Origin: Catajapyx aquilonaris
Taxonomy: Eukaryota
Assembly (NCBI GenBank): GCA_000934665.2
Contig: KZ539050.1
Location: forward strand, 1-35,143
Length of the DNA: 35,143 nt
Reading direction: 5' to 3'
The notes below the pieces were generated by a model that did not search any database, had not been told where the DNA came from, and saw only the letters and a program-made list of their open reading frames with translations. Shown here piece after piece: positions 1 through 11,055 of the stretch (positions are counted from its first letter, which is position 1; the number at the start of each line of letters is the position of its first letter). The position numbers were made by a program, and so were the translations under genes.

Positions 1-425
1 TCTGCAGTCGATGTAATCAAGACCATTCGGCAACTTCCCAAACAACAGCAAACCAGAGAATTTCGGAATTACGGAAAGGAGGCAAGAGATGGCTATAATT
101 ATTAGGTCAGTATGTAAATCCCGTGACTTTATGCCTTCATTCAGAAGTAAGAAAGACTTTAATGTACCATTTCCTAACTAAACTGCACTCTGTACTTTCG
201 TAGCAGTGTATGACAGTGTGTGCTTATTGCAAAAATAAAATATTGATTAGACAATTTTAAAAAATCTTTCATATCTGGGTGACTGCAACATAAATTTATG
301 AGCAAATGGCTATTTAAAGGATTTTCGCATGAAATTTCGCACTTATCCAAAAAATTTCCTTTCATATTTGACTTTAGAAGATAAAGTGTAACATTCGCTC
401 AATGACGCTCATATAGGCAAACTTA

Positions 426-502
426 GTCCTAGCCGGGACTCGAACTCAAGCCCCAGAGGTGGTAGGCAGTGGTCTTAATCATCTCGACAAACCCTGCGAC
501 CC
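426..502 (-). mobile_element. tRNA-derived SINE head (fragment)
   Basis: Minus strand reads GGGTCGCAGGGTTTGTCGAGATGATTAAGACC...GAGTTCGAGTCCCGGCTAGGAC: degenerate A box and clear B box (GAGTTCGAGTCC), no intact cloverleaf. Confidence 0.55.
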
Positions 503-1215
503 TTTCTTTGGGAGTAGCTGGAGTAGTGCTTCTTTACTGACGAGAATGGGAGGAGTTGGGAAACGAGCATCGCCTTGCGCGGAACTGGCGGGGGGTCACT
601 GTTCCATTTTTTTGTGGCTTTGCTGTTGGTTTCCTGTCAACCAAATTTGGCACAGGAGTAGAGGAGACCTAGATGCGATTCCCTATGTCATGCATTTACC
701 GATATGTCCGCAACTATGTCGCTGGTAAGCATTCATTGGTCTAAGTTGGGCATTTTAATAATTTTCAAGGTCAAAAAAGGGGGTGTTACACTTGTCGGAA
801 AAAAATTTTATTTTCATATTTGAAGTTTGGGAGGTCCACTTAACAAAACCTGAAATGTGCCTTTTGATCCGATAAAATTCGTCCAATGACGCTACACCCT
901 AGTCTGCAGGGGTCAATTCGAATACAGAAAGGATGTGACGTCACGCCATACGGCGGTAATAAATAAATTGATTACTGCCGTATTTCTAATTGTTTTGTAA
1001 AACCGACCGGGTACTCGCCCCCTACGATTTTTCCCCACCCCCTCGCGCTCGCTTGACCCGTGACTCTGAAACACCCAGTATTGGACGCCGGGTCTCAGGA
1101 GGATATTGTTCACAAAAGTACGATTTAATCAAATAAATGCTTGTTGCACAATGTGGAAACGCTGCAAATGGGATATTTCAATGTGTAATCATGCTTATTT
1201 GCATTTTTAATGATA

Positions 1216-1996
1216 CGTGGGTTGATTCATAAGTCATGGCACGTATTTTTTTATTCAAAAACGGTAACACATACAGAGATGATCTATGCTGAGTTTTGAA
1301 GCTCCGGCAATTACAATTTGATCTGGCATATAGATGTTGCCCATATCGCAAGGGAGACAGGGAAACAAAAGGGGATCGTGACCCCACCCACCGCACCATC
1401 GCCCTAAGAAGGCCCGAGCCTGACGCGCTTGGAGCTGTTGGACACTGCATGCTGGACACTCGGAGATGGACAACACTGGAACTTGTTTTCGAGTGTGGGA
1501 CAAGACAGAGCACTATGCTGAACACTCTGACAGACTGAAAGGTCTCAGGAAGTTGGCCTTCTCACTGGTTCCTCACCATCTCGTTGAGGTGCAAAAGAGC
1601 CACCATTTTTGCCTTCACTTGGAACTCGATCGCATGGAGGGCGATGGCTTTTTCAAATGGTTTGTGGCGATGGATGACACATGGCTCTGGTCATAGTGCT
1701 CTGACTTGTACTACACTCGAAAGCAAGCTCCAGTGTTGTCCATCTCCGAGTGTCCAGCATGCAATATCCAACAGCTCCAAGCATGTCAGGCTCGGGCCTT
1801 CTTAGGGAGATTGTGCGGTTGGGGGGGGGGTGTCACGATCCCTCTTGTTTCCCTGCTTCCCTTGCGATATGGGCGATATCTATATGCCAGATCAAATTGT
1901 AATCGCTGGAGCTTCAAAACTCAACAAAGGTCATCTCCGTATGTGTTACCGTTTTTGAATTTAAAAATACACCCCATACTTATGAATCAACCCACG
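1216..1996. mobile_element. Mariner-derived non-autonomous element with ~290-bp inverted arms and a central transposase remnant
   Basis: TA|CGTGGGTTGATTCATAAG ... CTTATGAATCAACCCACG|TA termini. Arms ~1216-1504 and ~1706-1996 are inverted copies. The spacer translates (+) as GLRKLAFSLVPHHL...EGDGFFKWFVAMDDTW, matching the mariner WVPHEL linker and IVTGDETW first-Asp motifs. Confidence 0.88.
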
Positions 1997-2414
1997 TATT
2001 AAAATTATCATTTGGGAAGAATGTGTGACACAAAAAATTGGGTGTCATCTACATTCATCATAAAAATTTCAATTTCAATTCTGGAATGTTTCTGGTGCTT
2101 ATTGTAGCCATTTCACATGCAAAAAAAATAATTTGCAAACACTCAACTTTTGAGCCCATGTTTTCACTACTCAGGAAACAGATTTAAAAACTTAGTTTCA
2201 CTTTCTCACATATTATTATTAAGATCAACTTCCAATACAAATGATCCTCTCACATGGTAAAATCAATTCTGGAAGACATCCTTTGGGTGTAGGACTGACC
2301 AACAAGAAAGAATACCCCTCACGATATTGCACCACAGGCACTGATCATGAAGTTTCTGCCTTGAGGGGAGATAAGAGTATCAAGGTGGGCCTGCTAGAGG
2401 TGGACAGACTAGAT

Positions 2415-2800
2415 CAGGGGTGGGCAAACTTAGGCCCGCAGGCCGGATCCAGCCCGCGAAGACAATTTGTGCGGCCCACGCAAAAATTCCGGCATTCCTG
2501 AAAATGTTGAAAAATTAAAATTGCATAATTTTTTGCCTGTGTCTTTCTTTTTAATTAGAGCTTTTAAATTCATAAAAATATTGCTTTTTATTTATACAGG
2601 CCATTTTCATTGATGTATTTAGCTAATTTTAGCTATTTTCAGAGAATTTAATGATAATCTATGCAATTAAGTTCATTTAAATAAAGGGATAGATAATTGC
2701 AAACTTTTTTATAAATTGAAATTTCGTTTGTTAGATGCGGCCCGTCAATTTTTAAAGAATTTCTATGCGGCCCACGAAGAAAAACGTTTGCCCACCCCTG
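2415..2800. mobile_element. hAT (Buster/Charlie-type) MITE
   Basis: TIR CAGGGGTGGGCAAAC / GTTTGCCCACCCCTG. Perfect 8-bp TSD GACTAGAT (2407-2414, 2801-2808). Subterminal GCGGCCC motifs. Confidence 0.92.
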
Positions 2801-3000
2801 GACTAGATAGTGACACAGGCTGGCCACTCCTGAATCCCTCAAGACAGAATTGGACAGGTCTAATGAATATTTCCAGTCCTGCAGTATGATCATGTCCAGG
2901 GCATTATCTTCCTGTGGTCAGAAGACTGATACACAACAGCCCATACTGAAACACAGTAATTCAAAACTAAACTACGCACATGATCATGTTAGATACTCAC

Positions 3001-3362
3001 AGCTTGTTCATTCTGGCCATGTCAAAGCTCACATATTGAATGTGATGTTCTGGTGGCAAAAACTGATTCAGATACGAGACAGAGGCCACAAAGTCTTCTG
3101 AGAGCATACTTTCATGCTTCTTCTTTTCCCGCTTCTTTACCAAGTTTAGGAGAACCACAGGGGACCCATAGCGAGACAGCAACTGGTCAAAGTGGGCTCC
3201 TGAAGTCTCTGAATATGGATCACTCAGCACAAATCCAATGGGTGGCTTGGGAACCATCTTGCTCACATCCTGACTCCAATGAGCAGGAATGGAACCACGC
3301 AACTGCACAAACGACGTGAACCGGCCATGTTCCAGAGTTGATACTGATGAATCAAACAGTAT
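3001..3362 (-). CDS. FIG4: FIG4 polyphosphoinositide phosphatase, coding exon 5 (gene continues left of the window)
   Basis: ttccacag|ATA CTG ... AAG CT|gtgagt. Encodes ILFDSS..FTSFVQLRGSIPAHWSQD..KPPI..RYGSPVVLLNLVKKREKKKHE..FDMARMNK, SAC-domain sequence typical of FIG4. Confidence 0.95.
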
Positions 3363-4026
3363 CTGTGGAAAATTCATTGGGCTTCACTAAATATAGTATG
3401 GTAACTAAAAATGAGCATTTTAACAAGACATGGATGTGTCAAACCATTCAAGAATATGATAATTTATGCTATACAGAAACTTGTAGCAGCAGAACTGTCA
3501 TCTGCTGAATTTTTTTCCAATTATGTACCAGCTTTTTTTCGAGCAAAATCTGAGACAGTTGAGCAACATTTCATGCCACTTGATTTTTAATGACCCCAAT
3601 ATTTTGAGAACTTCGTTTTTTTGACTGCCCCAAGGTCAAAAACAAGGTTCAGACAGAATGGAGAGTCATTATGAGTTACAAGTGACCTAAGGAACATGTA
3701 AATAGGAATGAATTACCATGAACAAAAAATGTGACATGGTGCAATCAATATGCAAGTATGAAGTGGTGAAAGTGCTAAAACATTTGCATACATGTAAGTC
3801 AGATCAAGTGCTGACATTTACAGTGCAATGTTAAAACCATCCCTTGCAAGTCTCCTGCAAGCGCTCTATGTCCTAATAGGCTAATCCAACCCTGTCAACC
3901 TTCTGTGCTGATGCCCACTGGAGAGATAGTATGTCAAGTTCATTAATCAAAGTTACTCTTCATGTACCTACTTACACTCATCAAAATTCACCCACATTGT
4001 GCAACAATGAAAACAAACCAGCTCAC

Positions 4027-4363
4027 CTGCTCTGTTTCAACTTCATTGGCAACATCTCCCTCAAAGTTAGCTCCACGTTTGAGAAATCGCGTTCCAGCAT
4101 ATCTGCTTGACCTACGTGCAATCAGGGTAAGATACAGAGGCTTCCCAAACACATTGACATTGGACTGTCCCACAAAACCATGTGTTATATGGAGGATCCA
4201 GTCTGGATGAAGTTCACAACGCACTGGCTGCAGCAGAAACATGTTCCAAACAAACTTCTCCTGTGGTGCATTACGAACTGCATACATCAAGGTCTTTGCT
4301 TCTGCATTCGACTCATTTGGAACACTGCTTGCAGAGAACCCCTCTGCAGTCTCTACATAGCCT
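4027..4363 (-). CDS. FIG4: FIG4 coding exon 4
   Basis: ctttattgcag|A GGC ... GAG CAG|gtgagc. Encodes KFVWN..W..HGFVGQSN..TLIARRSSRYAGTRFLKRGANFEGDVANEVETEQ (SAC hallmark). Phase 2 in, phase 0 out, fitting both neighbours. Confidence 0.95.
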
Positions 4364-4677
4364 CTGCAATAAAGAAGAAGTTCAGCTAATACAATTACTG
4401 GAATGTTAAAATATCAGATAAATTATGATGCAGTAGCAGTAAAACATTTGGACCAGCCTATTTGCTTTAGTAAGAGAATTATCAATATTATCATCATCAT
4501 GAAACAATGAATTACCTTTTGATCCAAAACACTAGATTTTCAGCTTGAAAATAAGTTGGGAACATTATATTGAAATTGACTTTCCTCTCTGTTGCCCTTC
4601 TACCATAACACAAATCTACTTCTGAAGAAGCCCAATAAACTTTCTGTGCTACAGTCTATTGTACTAAGGCTACTAAC

Positions 4678-4845
4678 CCATCAGCTGACTCCTGTATTCT
4701 GATCTCCGGACACTCACTGTTCCCTTCCCACATCTTCCTCCTCCTAAGTGCCATGTAGTTGTACTGAAGAGTGTGGGTTAGGTCATAACTGTAGCTGAAG
4801 TAAAAATTGCTGGACAGATCCACATTCTGAAACATTCGCACATAC
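4678..4845 (-). CDS. FIG4: FIG4 coding exon 3
   Basis: ttttccag|G TAT ... GAT GG|gttagt. Encodes [29 protein letters not shown]. Phase 2/2 keeps the frame with both neighbours. Confidence 0.92.
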
Positions 4846-5711
4846 CTGGAAAAAATGATATATTGCATGAAACAGAAAATTTGTACTGCGCACAAGTCCA
4901 GGCACAAAATGTACCAGTTGAAATGCTTGTATTTTGTAACATCCTTCATAGTGTGTTCCAACTGAAGAAACCATAACAGTTAGTGATTTTTGTGATATTC
5001 CAAAACCATAATGCTTTTGGCCAGGTTCTTGCACCAGGAAAAGATGCAGATTGGAAAGTCACCAAAACATTCTTTTGCCTGTGGTTTGGCAGACAGCCAC
5101 TATTGGTATGGATACAAACCCACAATGCACACCCTGCGGCTTGCTATGCTTCAGCTAATTCAAATCATTGGGATATGCTGCCAGACCTTGTCTGGTAGGG
5201 CCACATGACAAATAAAAATGGTGGGGTCACCCCAAACCACATAGAATCCCTAAGGCGATAAGAGGAGAGAGACCAGACCTTACTATTCTTAGACCGTGGT
5301 TTCACCCATTTGACCCGATTCTATAGCTGACATCATTAGACAACCTTTTAGTTAGCTGTTCCAAAGTAACTGCTTCTAAGAAATGAGTCATTTAGTACTG
5401 GTACCGGTACTTAAAAATCGCTATACACCATTGACCATTGAAATGGAATAGGCTACAGTGTAGGCTGTGTCATGTTTTTTTTTCTTTTCATTATTACCTA
5501 TTGCTATTAATATTGTAAGATGAAAAAACAATGGAAAACTGAAATGTAGACTATTTACTTGGCAGATGCATGGTTTGTCAGCAACTGGTGGTACAAAGTA
5601 GCCCAAGTTTTCCATCCACAACCCTCTATATAAATTATAATCACCTTTCAATGATGGAAAAATTATGGGCTCTGATATGTTAGACTTTATAATGTGCCCT
5701 TACACACATAC

Positions 5712-6094
5712 CGTTGTTCATCCACATGTGGCACCCTAGCCTGGTCGCTGGGCACATAGATCATGCTGGTGTCTTCAACTTTGTAGATGGCATGATGTCC
5801 CAGCATGGCTACCCGGCGACGCTTGGTGATAAGGATCACATAATAGCCTTCCAGAAAACGGACAAAGCCAACTATACCAAAGGCTGACACTGTCTTCACC
5901 AGGCCATTTCCTGTCTTCTGTGAGCTGCCCCTGGGAAGGTTTCCCATGTCAATCATGGTAATGAGGTCACGAATTTCCTGGTTGGTGTACTCCATCTTGT
6001 CATCTATCACAATCAGGTCACGGGGCTCTGTCCGGTCAATCTTAAGCACACGAAACTTGCTCTGGGTATTGTTGGTGCCCACCAAGTAGAAGCG
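5712..6094 (-). CDS. FIG4: FIG4 coding exon 2
   Basis: gcatatag|CGC TTC ... CAA CG|gtatgt. Encodes [59 protein letters not shown]. Confidence 0.95.
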
Positions 6095-6234
6095 CTATAT
6101 GCATGCACAAGTGTACGAAGGGAATTATTAAGAAAAAAAATATGAGGCAATTGCACAAAAAAATAAGCACCTCCAGGAAACTGGTTTGTTCTAGGGTGAT
6201 AATTTTTTGTGATGCTGGTGTTAACCCCCTAGGG

Positions 6235-6464
6235 CAGTGGTTTCCAACATTTTACCAACTGCGACCCCCTACACATGTTTCCATGAATCTGGTACCCCCT
6301 ACACCCCGGCCCCTTCTACAACTGCCCCCTTTCCAGAAAAGTGAAAACATACACTCTGTACGGCAGCAAAAATGGTTCAATTGACACAGAAATTGCACCC
6401 AAAAAAAATTGAACCAAGGCTCGCGAACCCCCGCGACCCATCGGTTGGAAAGTGGAAACCACTG
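6235..6464. mobile_element. hAT (Buster/Charlie-type) MITE
   Basis: TIR CAGTGGTTTCCA / TGGAAACCACTG. 8-bp TSD CCCTAGGG (6227-6234, 6465-6472). GCGACCC subterminal motifs. Confidence 0.9.
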
Positions 6465-7303
6465 CCCTAGGGAAAGTGTCCCCTACATAAGTCACCATGA
6501 TCAAGGGAGGGGTCACAAGGGACCTGTAACATCTGTCACATCAGGACAGTTCATAATACACAAACCATCACTGCCTCCGTAATCTTAAATGGCCTCTGAA
6601 TTGGAAAGTGATCTGGATTAAATCAACATTAAATTTTGATACTTTTAAAGGGGCACTTGCAAATGGAAAAAATGGGTTGAATTCACCTGGCAGGATGCAG
6701 AGTTTTGGGAACCCACACAATTCTACAAAATCATGGTTTCTGTAATATTTGACAGAAATCAAATGCACAACACTCAGCACAATAATGACACAATGACAGC
6801 TATGGAGCTGAGAGAGAACTTATGATTTGTCCTCTCCATCAACCAATCTGAAGAGAAGCAAAAATGACCAGTAGTGTGACTCACATTGGTGCTTAGGTAA
6901 TTTTGCATAAAGACTGACCAATTAATCCAAATAATGCAAGTTTTACTAGGAAAAATGCATGTTAGGCACTACTGCCTGAGAGAAAACCAAGACTGTTTGC
7001 AAGAAGAAAAAACCAATCAGAAGTAGGTAGTAGTAAGTGAGCTGTTTTAGTGCAAATTACTTCACATATTCACTCGGGCAATTTCAAAATTATGGTGGTA
7101 GGTGGACGTGGTCGTTGATCAATTGGCTCACACAATATATTCCCTGATGGCAGTCTTGATATCATCATCACGTATAATATTTCACCTGCTACAGTATCCG
7201 GTTTGTTTTTGCTTCCCTGCCCGACATTCGTTCCCTGCCATCTAGCGTGCGGTTTCCATAGTACTATTCACCAAGCCCCATGCAACTCCTCCCAAGTCAG
7301 TAA

Positions 7304-7552
7304 GGGCGACACAGTGGAGTAGTGGTTAGCGCCGCAGCCTTCCACCTCTGAGGTCCCGAGTTCGATCCCCGGGTCGGACTGAGGATACTTATGTGGATAA
7401 AGTTTCGATGGGTTCTCTCCGTGTTGGCGTGGGTTTTCTCTGGGTTCTCCTGTTTCCTCCCACAATCAAAATCCATCTCAGCGCAGGCAATGATTAAAGA
7501 CGGCTCACAAAAAGATGATCCCCTAAGACGCCCAAGGAGGCCTATCACGGGA
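7304..7552 (+). mobile_element. tRNA-derived SINE with V-domain-like core (copy 1)
   Basis: A box TGGAGTAGTGG, B box GAGTTCGATCC, then GTTCTCTCCGTGTTGGCGTGGGTTTTCTCTGGGTTCTCCTGTTTCCTCCCACA. A second copy lies inverted at 26136-26428. Confidence 0.88.
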
Positions 7553-7574
7553 CCTAGAACATCTCCACCACCCA

Positions 7575-7881
7575 TGATGGTAATGAGGTTGTATGAGGTC
7601 CCGGCTGGTTCGCCAGCGACGGTACTCTCTTCCTCGAGCGGCCCTCGGACCAGACTCGCATTTCTTGGTTGGACGGGGTGCTTGGGAGAATATCCCACCC
7701 CCGTCCCTGGGTTGGACCCGGCATTGCAGTACAGCCGGGGCCAGCCCTCCTCTCCCCCACCCTTCTCACCCACCCCTACCTTGCAATCCCACACCTTCCT
7801 CTCCTACCCCCGGCTGCCAAGGCTCGACTCAGACAGAGCCATACAAGCTGGGTAACCCTTCCTACCAACCAACCAACCAAA
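7575..7881 (+). mobile_element. 307-bp GC-rich retroposon (SINE or LINE 3' end) with (ACCA)n tail
   Basis: 14-bp direct repeat ATCTCCACCACCCA at 7561-7574 and 7882-7895. Ends in ACCAACCAACCAACCAA. Confidence 0.8.
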
Positions 7882-9004
7882 ATCTCCACCACCCAGGATT
7901 TGGCACTGGAGCTGGCGGCAAGAAAAAGTCAGATTCGGGTTGCTGATGCTGGTGGATTTTGTCTGTGAATGCGCTCCGGACGCAGATGCAGAGGAAAGGA
8001 CGGTTTTTGGGTTAAGGTTATTTACTGAACCGCCCTCATATATCACATGCACTGAAGGTGCACACACAACAAGCCTGTTTCAACAGGCTTGTCCTGAATA
8101 ATTCTTGAAACTAAACAAACCCAATCCACCTTTCCATAGTTAGGTACATTGGCATAGGCAGGGGGGTGGGGTTGTAACACCCCCCCCCTACCCCCCCCCC
8201 CTGGAGCCAAAAAATATAGTTCCAATCCGCAATTTTAAGGTGTTAAAACGCACATGCGCAAATATTGCAGCTTGTGTGAGCTTGAACGGCATAAAAAAAT
8301 TTCGCCCTCGGCGGGCCTCTCCATTCTCCCCTCACGTAACCCCCCGCCCCCCCCCCCTTTACAAATTTCCTGGCTGTGGGGCTGACACTATGCAACAAAA
8401 TTAGACTTTTTTTTTGTCCATGGAATTTCATGGTCATATTCATGTTTCTTGGTCACAAGTAACAACAGAAAAACTTTTCCATAAGCCCATTCTACTCGCG
8501 TTTCTCTTTCATTCGATGTCTTATGTTGATTGGGTTTTGACCACTTCCAATAACCGAAAAAAATTATCCAAAAAAGGCTTGGTTTAGGCACATTTCTCAT
8601 GTTAGAAGTGTGGATTATTCGTGATTCGTGATTATTATTGACTTTAATAGTTTCATAGTAACAGCCTGCAGCGAATAAGATGAATTTCAGAGTTTGAATC
8701 ACCTGGTTTAACTATTGCCGCAGATGAGTTATCCCTAATAATTTATCAAGTATAGTAGTGTTTTATATAGCATTAATTCAACTGGGATCAGAAAAAGGGG
8801 GGAAAATTTTAAATCAAACAATCAAATCAAAGCACCGCATGATGGTGATATAATCATATAATCACATGACGGTTACTTGTACCTGATTTACATGCAGCAC
8901 ATGCATTGAAACTCATGAAGCAATATGGCAGTGTTGAGAATGAACTTAGGCTTAAATTAATGCCACTGTCCCCAATATTAACCACATCTGAAAGAAAGCA
9001 GGTA

Positions 9005-9169
9005 CAGTGTTGGACATTAATCGAGTCATACTGATAGCGACAATTTCTGAAGCGACAGAATAACGACTCTTGCTCGCACGGCTTGCACTATCCATATCTT
9101 CGATTAGTAGTTCTTTGGCCACTTCGAAAAATGTCGCTAGCAGTATGGCTCGATTAATGTCCAACACTG
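9005..9169. mobile_element. Tc1/mariner-type palindromic MITE
   Basis: TA|CAGTGTTGGACATTAATCGAG ... CTCGATTAATGTCCAACACTG|TA. Relatives at 26780, 27115, 30837 and 32471. Confidence 0.88.
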
Positions 9170-9414
9170 TACACCCATCACACTAAGTTTGATAAGTGCC
9201 CCCAATTACTCTTATCAGGTAACAGGATTGGAGTGGAGGTACAAACGGTCTTGACAATTGAGGAGCTCAGAGGAAGAATGGCATATCCCAACCGACCTCC
9301 AATTTTGAGTTTGTAGGTATAGTCCTATTGTACTCTCCTTCCATCTACCTTTCATGTGCTGAAGTACCAAATTTATTGGGACATGTCTTTCTTACTCTGA
9401 GCGCCTCAATTGAC

Positions 9415-9805
9415 TTTTTTTTTTAGCTACCCCATGCTAGGGCCGAAAGGCCGCGAAAGGCCCACTTGGGGNNNNNNNNNNNNNNNNNNNNNNNNNNNNN
9501 NNNNNGTGGGGGGGGGGGGGGGGGGGGGGGGGGGAAGAATACCACCATATTTGGAACCATGTGTATAATTTACAATTATTTAGTTGGTCCACGATTAGAG
9601 TATGTAGGAGGGAATGTGCTATGTCGTAGCTTGGTCATTTTGTGAACTCCCCGGGTGGATTAGTCTAGCGGAAATTTCCATCCAAGACGAAGCCAGAGAC
9701 GGCCCAACTCTGTACAAGATGAAGGGGGGAACCCCGGGATGGGTTAGAACCCAGGACCTTAATGTCCGTGGGAGCGTGCGTTACAGCAGCACCACTCCGC
9801 CTCCC
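9415..9805 (-). mobile_element. tRNA-derived SINE spanning the assembly gap
   Basis: Minus-strand head GGGAGGCGGAGTGGTGCTGCTGTAA...GGGTTCTAACCC. Body matches 24817-24930 (+). 3' stem plus A-tail at 9415-9471. Continuity across the Ns is inferred. Confidence 0.65.
9472..9505. other. Assembly gap (34 N) next to a long G homopolymer
   Basis: Run of n followed by poly-G to ~9534. Confidence 0.99.
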
Positions 9806-10224
9806 TTCAATTGACATATTTAAAATGAGGTAGCCTAGGTGACAAAAAATTAGCTTGGGAACCACTGCTCTAGATAACATATGCTTACATGGCACTTCCC
9901 GATACAAAGTGCAAACCACCTAAAAATACCACATCCTTTACTAGTTTTTTCCCCCTCTTGAAAACGGTTCTAGTTTACCATTAACAGTCGGAAGTGCCCC
10001 ACAAGCATTTTTCCTAGTAAAACGTGAAGATTTTCTGCAGTTGTTAGTAGTCGCTATGTACAATACTCTCAACCTGTTGGTGCTCTTCACATTCATCTCT
10101 AGAGTGAATAGTTTGCAGCATTTTCCCTTATGCCCTCGTGGCTGTGCATAATCAACTTGTGGACTACGGACATACTCGAAGGTGAGATGGTAGTCCTATA
10201 AGATATGGTGAGTTACCCACTTAC

Positions 10225-10374
10225 AGCTCTGGTCTCGTAAAGCACAATCTTCTGTATTCCGATGACATAGTGTCGCACCAGCACCGGTGGGGAAGTAAGA
10301 GGTGCAGGTACCTTCCCTTGCCCGTCCTGCTCCCCAGCCTGTTCACTTGCCTCACAGTCCGGCATCGCCATCAT
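10225..10374 (-). CDS. FIG4: FIG4 coding exon 1
   Basis: ATG at 10374 opens 50 codons, MMAMPDCEAS...VIGIQKIVLYETRA|gtaagt. QKIVLYETRA matches the FIG4 N-terminus (human QKLVLYETRA) and joins exon 2 in phase 0. Which of three close ATGs is used is uncertain. Confidence 0.92.
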
Positions 10375-11055
10375 CACTCTCCAGGGGCCAAGAACACGCT
10401 TGAAAATTGACTAGGTAGGAGTGACGGTGATTCGACACATGTCACGCAGCTGACTGCACGACCAAACCGGATCGTCCCTTATAGACGAAAATGGAACTTA
10501 TGACCAGGGGCGATAGAGGGTGACCATGGGAAATAAACCGATCCGATTATGATACGTCCTATTGGAGCCACTTCGGGGCCTCTTGCCCCAGCCCTGAGTC
10601 CAGAGGCATAACTGATAACAGGGTTAACTGCAGGGCGGACAGGGGCTGCTGGGGGCCGCCATCTTAATAGACTTATTGCGACATCTAACGAGAAATTGTA
10701 ACACATGAACTTCATATGCTCAACATGGCGGGAAAAGGAAACTGGGAAGGAAGGCGGCCCAGTCCAGATGGGGAGTTCACACGAATTATTATGTTTTCGG
10801 GTTGGCAACTATGGGGCCTTGCATTCCGGTGGTATGTAGCGGTAGTCATAGATTCACACTGTCAACAACCAGTTCGACCTTGTATGCCCTGGAGGTCGGC
10901 AGCAAAATTTTTATCTCCGTCTTGGATCCCATTTCTGTGGCCTTTTGAACATAAAGGGAAATTATATCTGGGACCGCCGCTCAAGATTTATATCCGGACA
11001 GCAGATAGTTGAAGAAAACCCAGTGAAGATAGCAGCCAAAACTGACCAAGACATC
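10375..11055. promoter_or_regulatory. Putative bidirectional promoter and 5' UTRs of FIG4 and the F-box gene
   Basis: 681 bp between divergent ATGs. Locally GC- and CpG-rich. YY1/Pho-like motifs GCCGCCATCTT (10655-10665) and AACATGGCGG (10722-10731) in opposite orientation. Confidence 0.6.

Noticed and set aside
2648..2911. Possible next FIG4 exon (acceptor at 2912, ORF 2648-2893)
   Set aside because: In the required phase it reaches TGA after six codons, lacks SAC similarity and is interrupted by a hAT MITE. The catalytic CxDCLDRT exon was not found in 1-3000.
7304..7380. tRNA gene (also 426, 9740, 26350, 27481)
   Set aside because: A/B boxes are present but there is no intact cloverleaf, and most run into a repeat body and tail, so these are SINE heads.
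7596..7660. HDV-like ribozyme suggested by TTCCTCG and nested stems
   Set aside because: I could not build P1, P2 and the J4/2 catalytic C in the right order.
7268..7968. Overlapping 100-165-aa ORFs on both strands
   Set aside because: By-products of two GC-rich retroposons; no protein-like signal.
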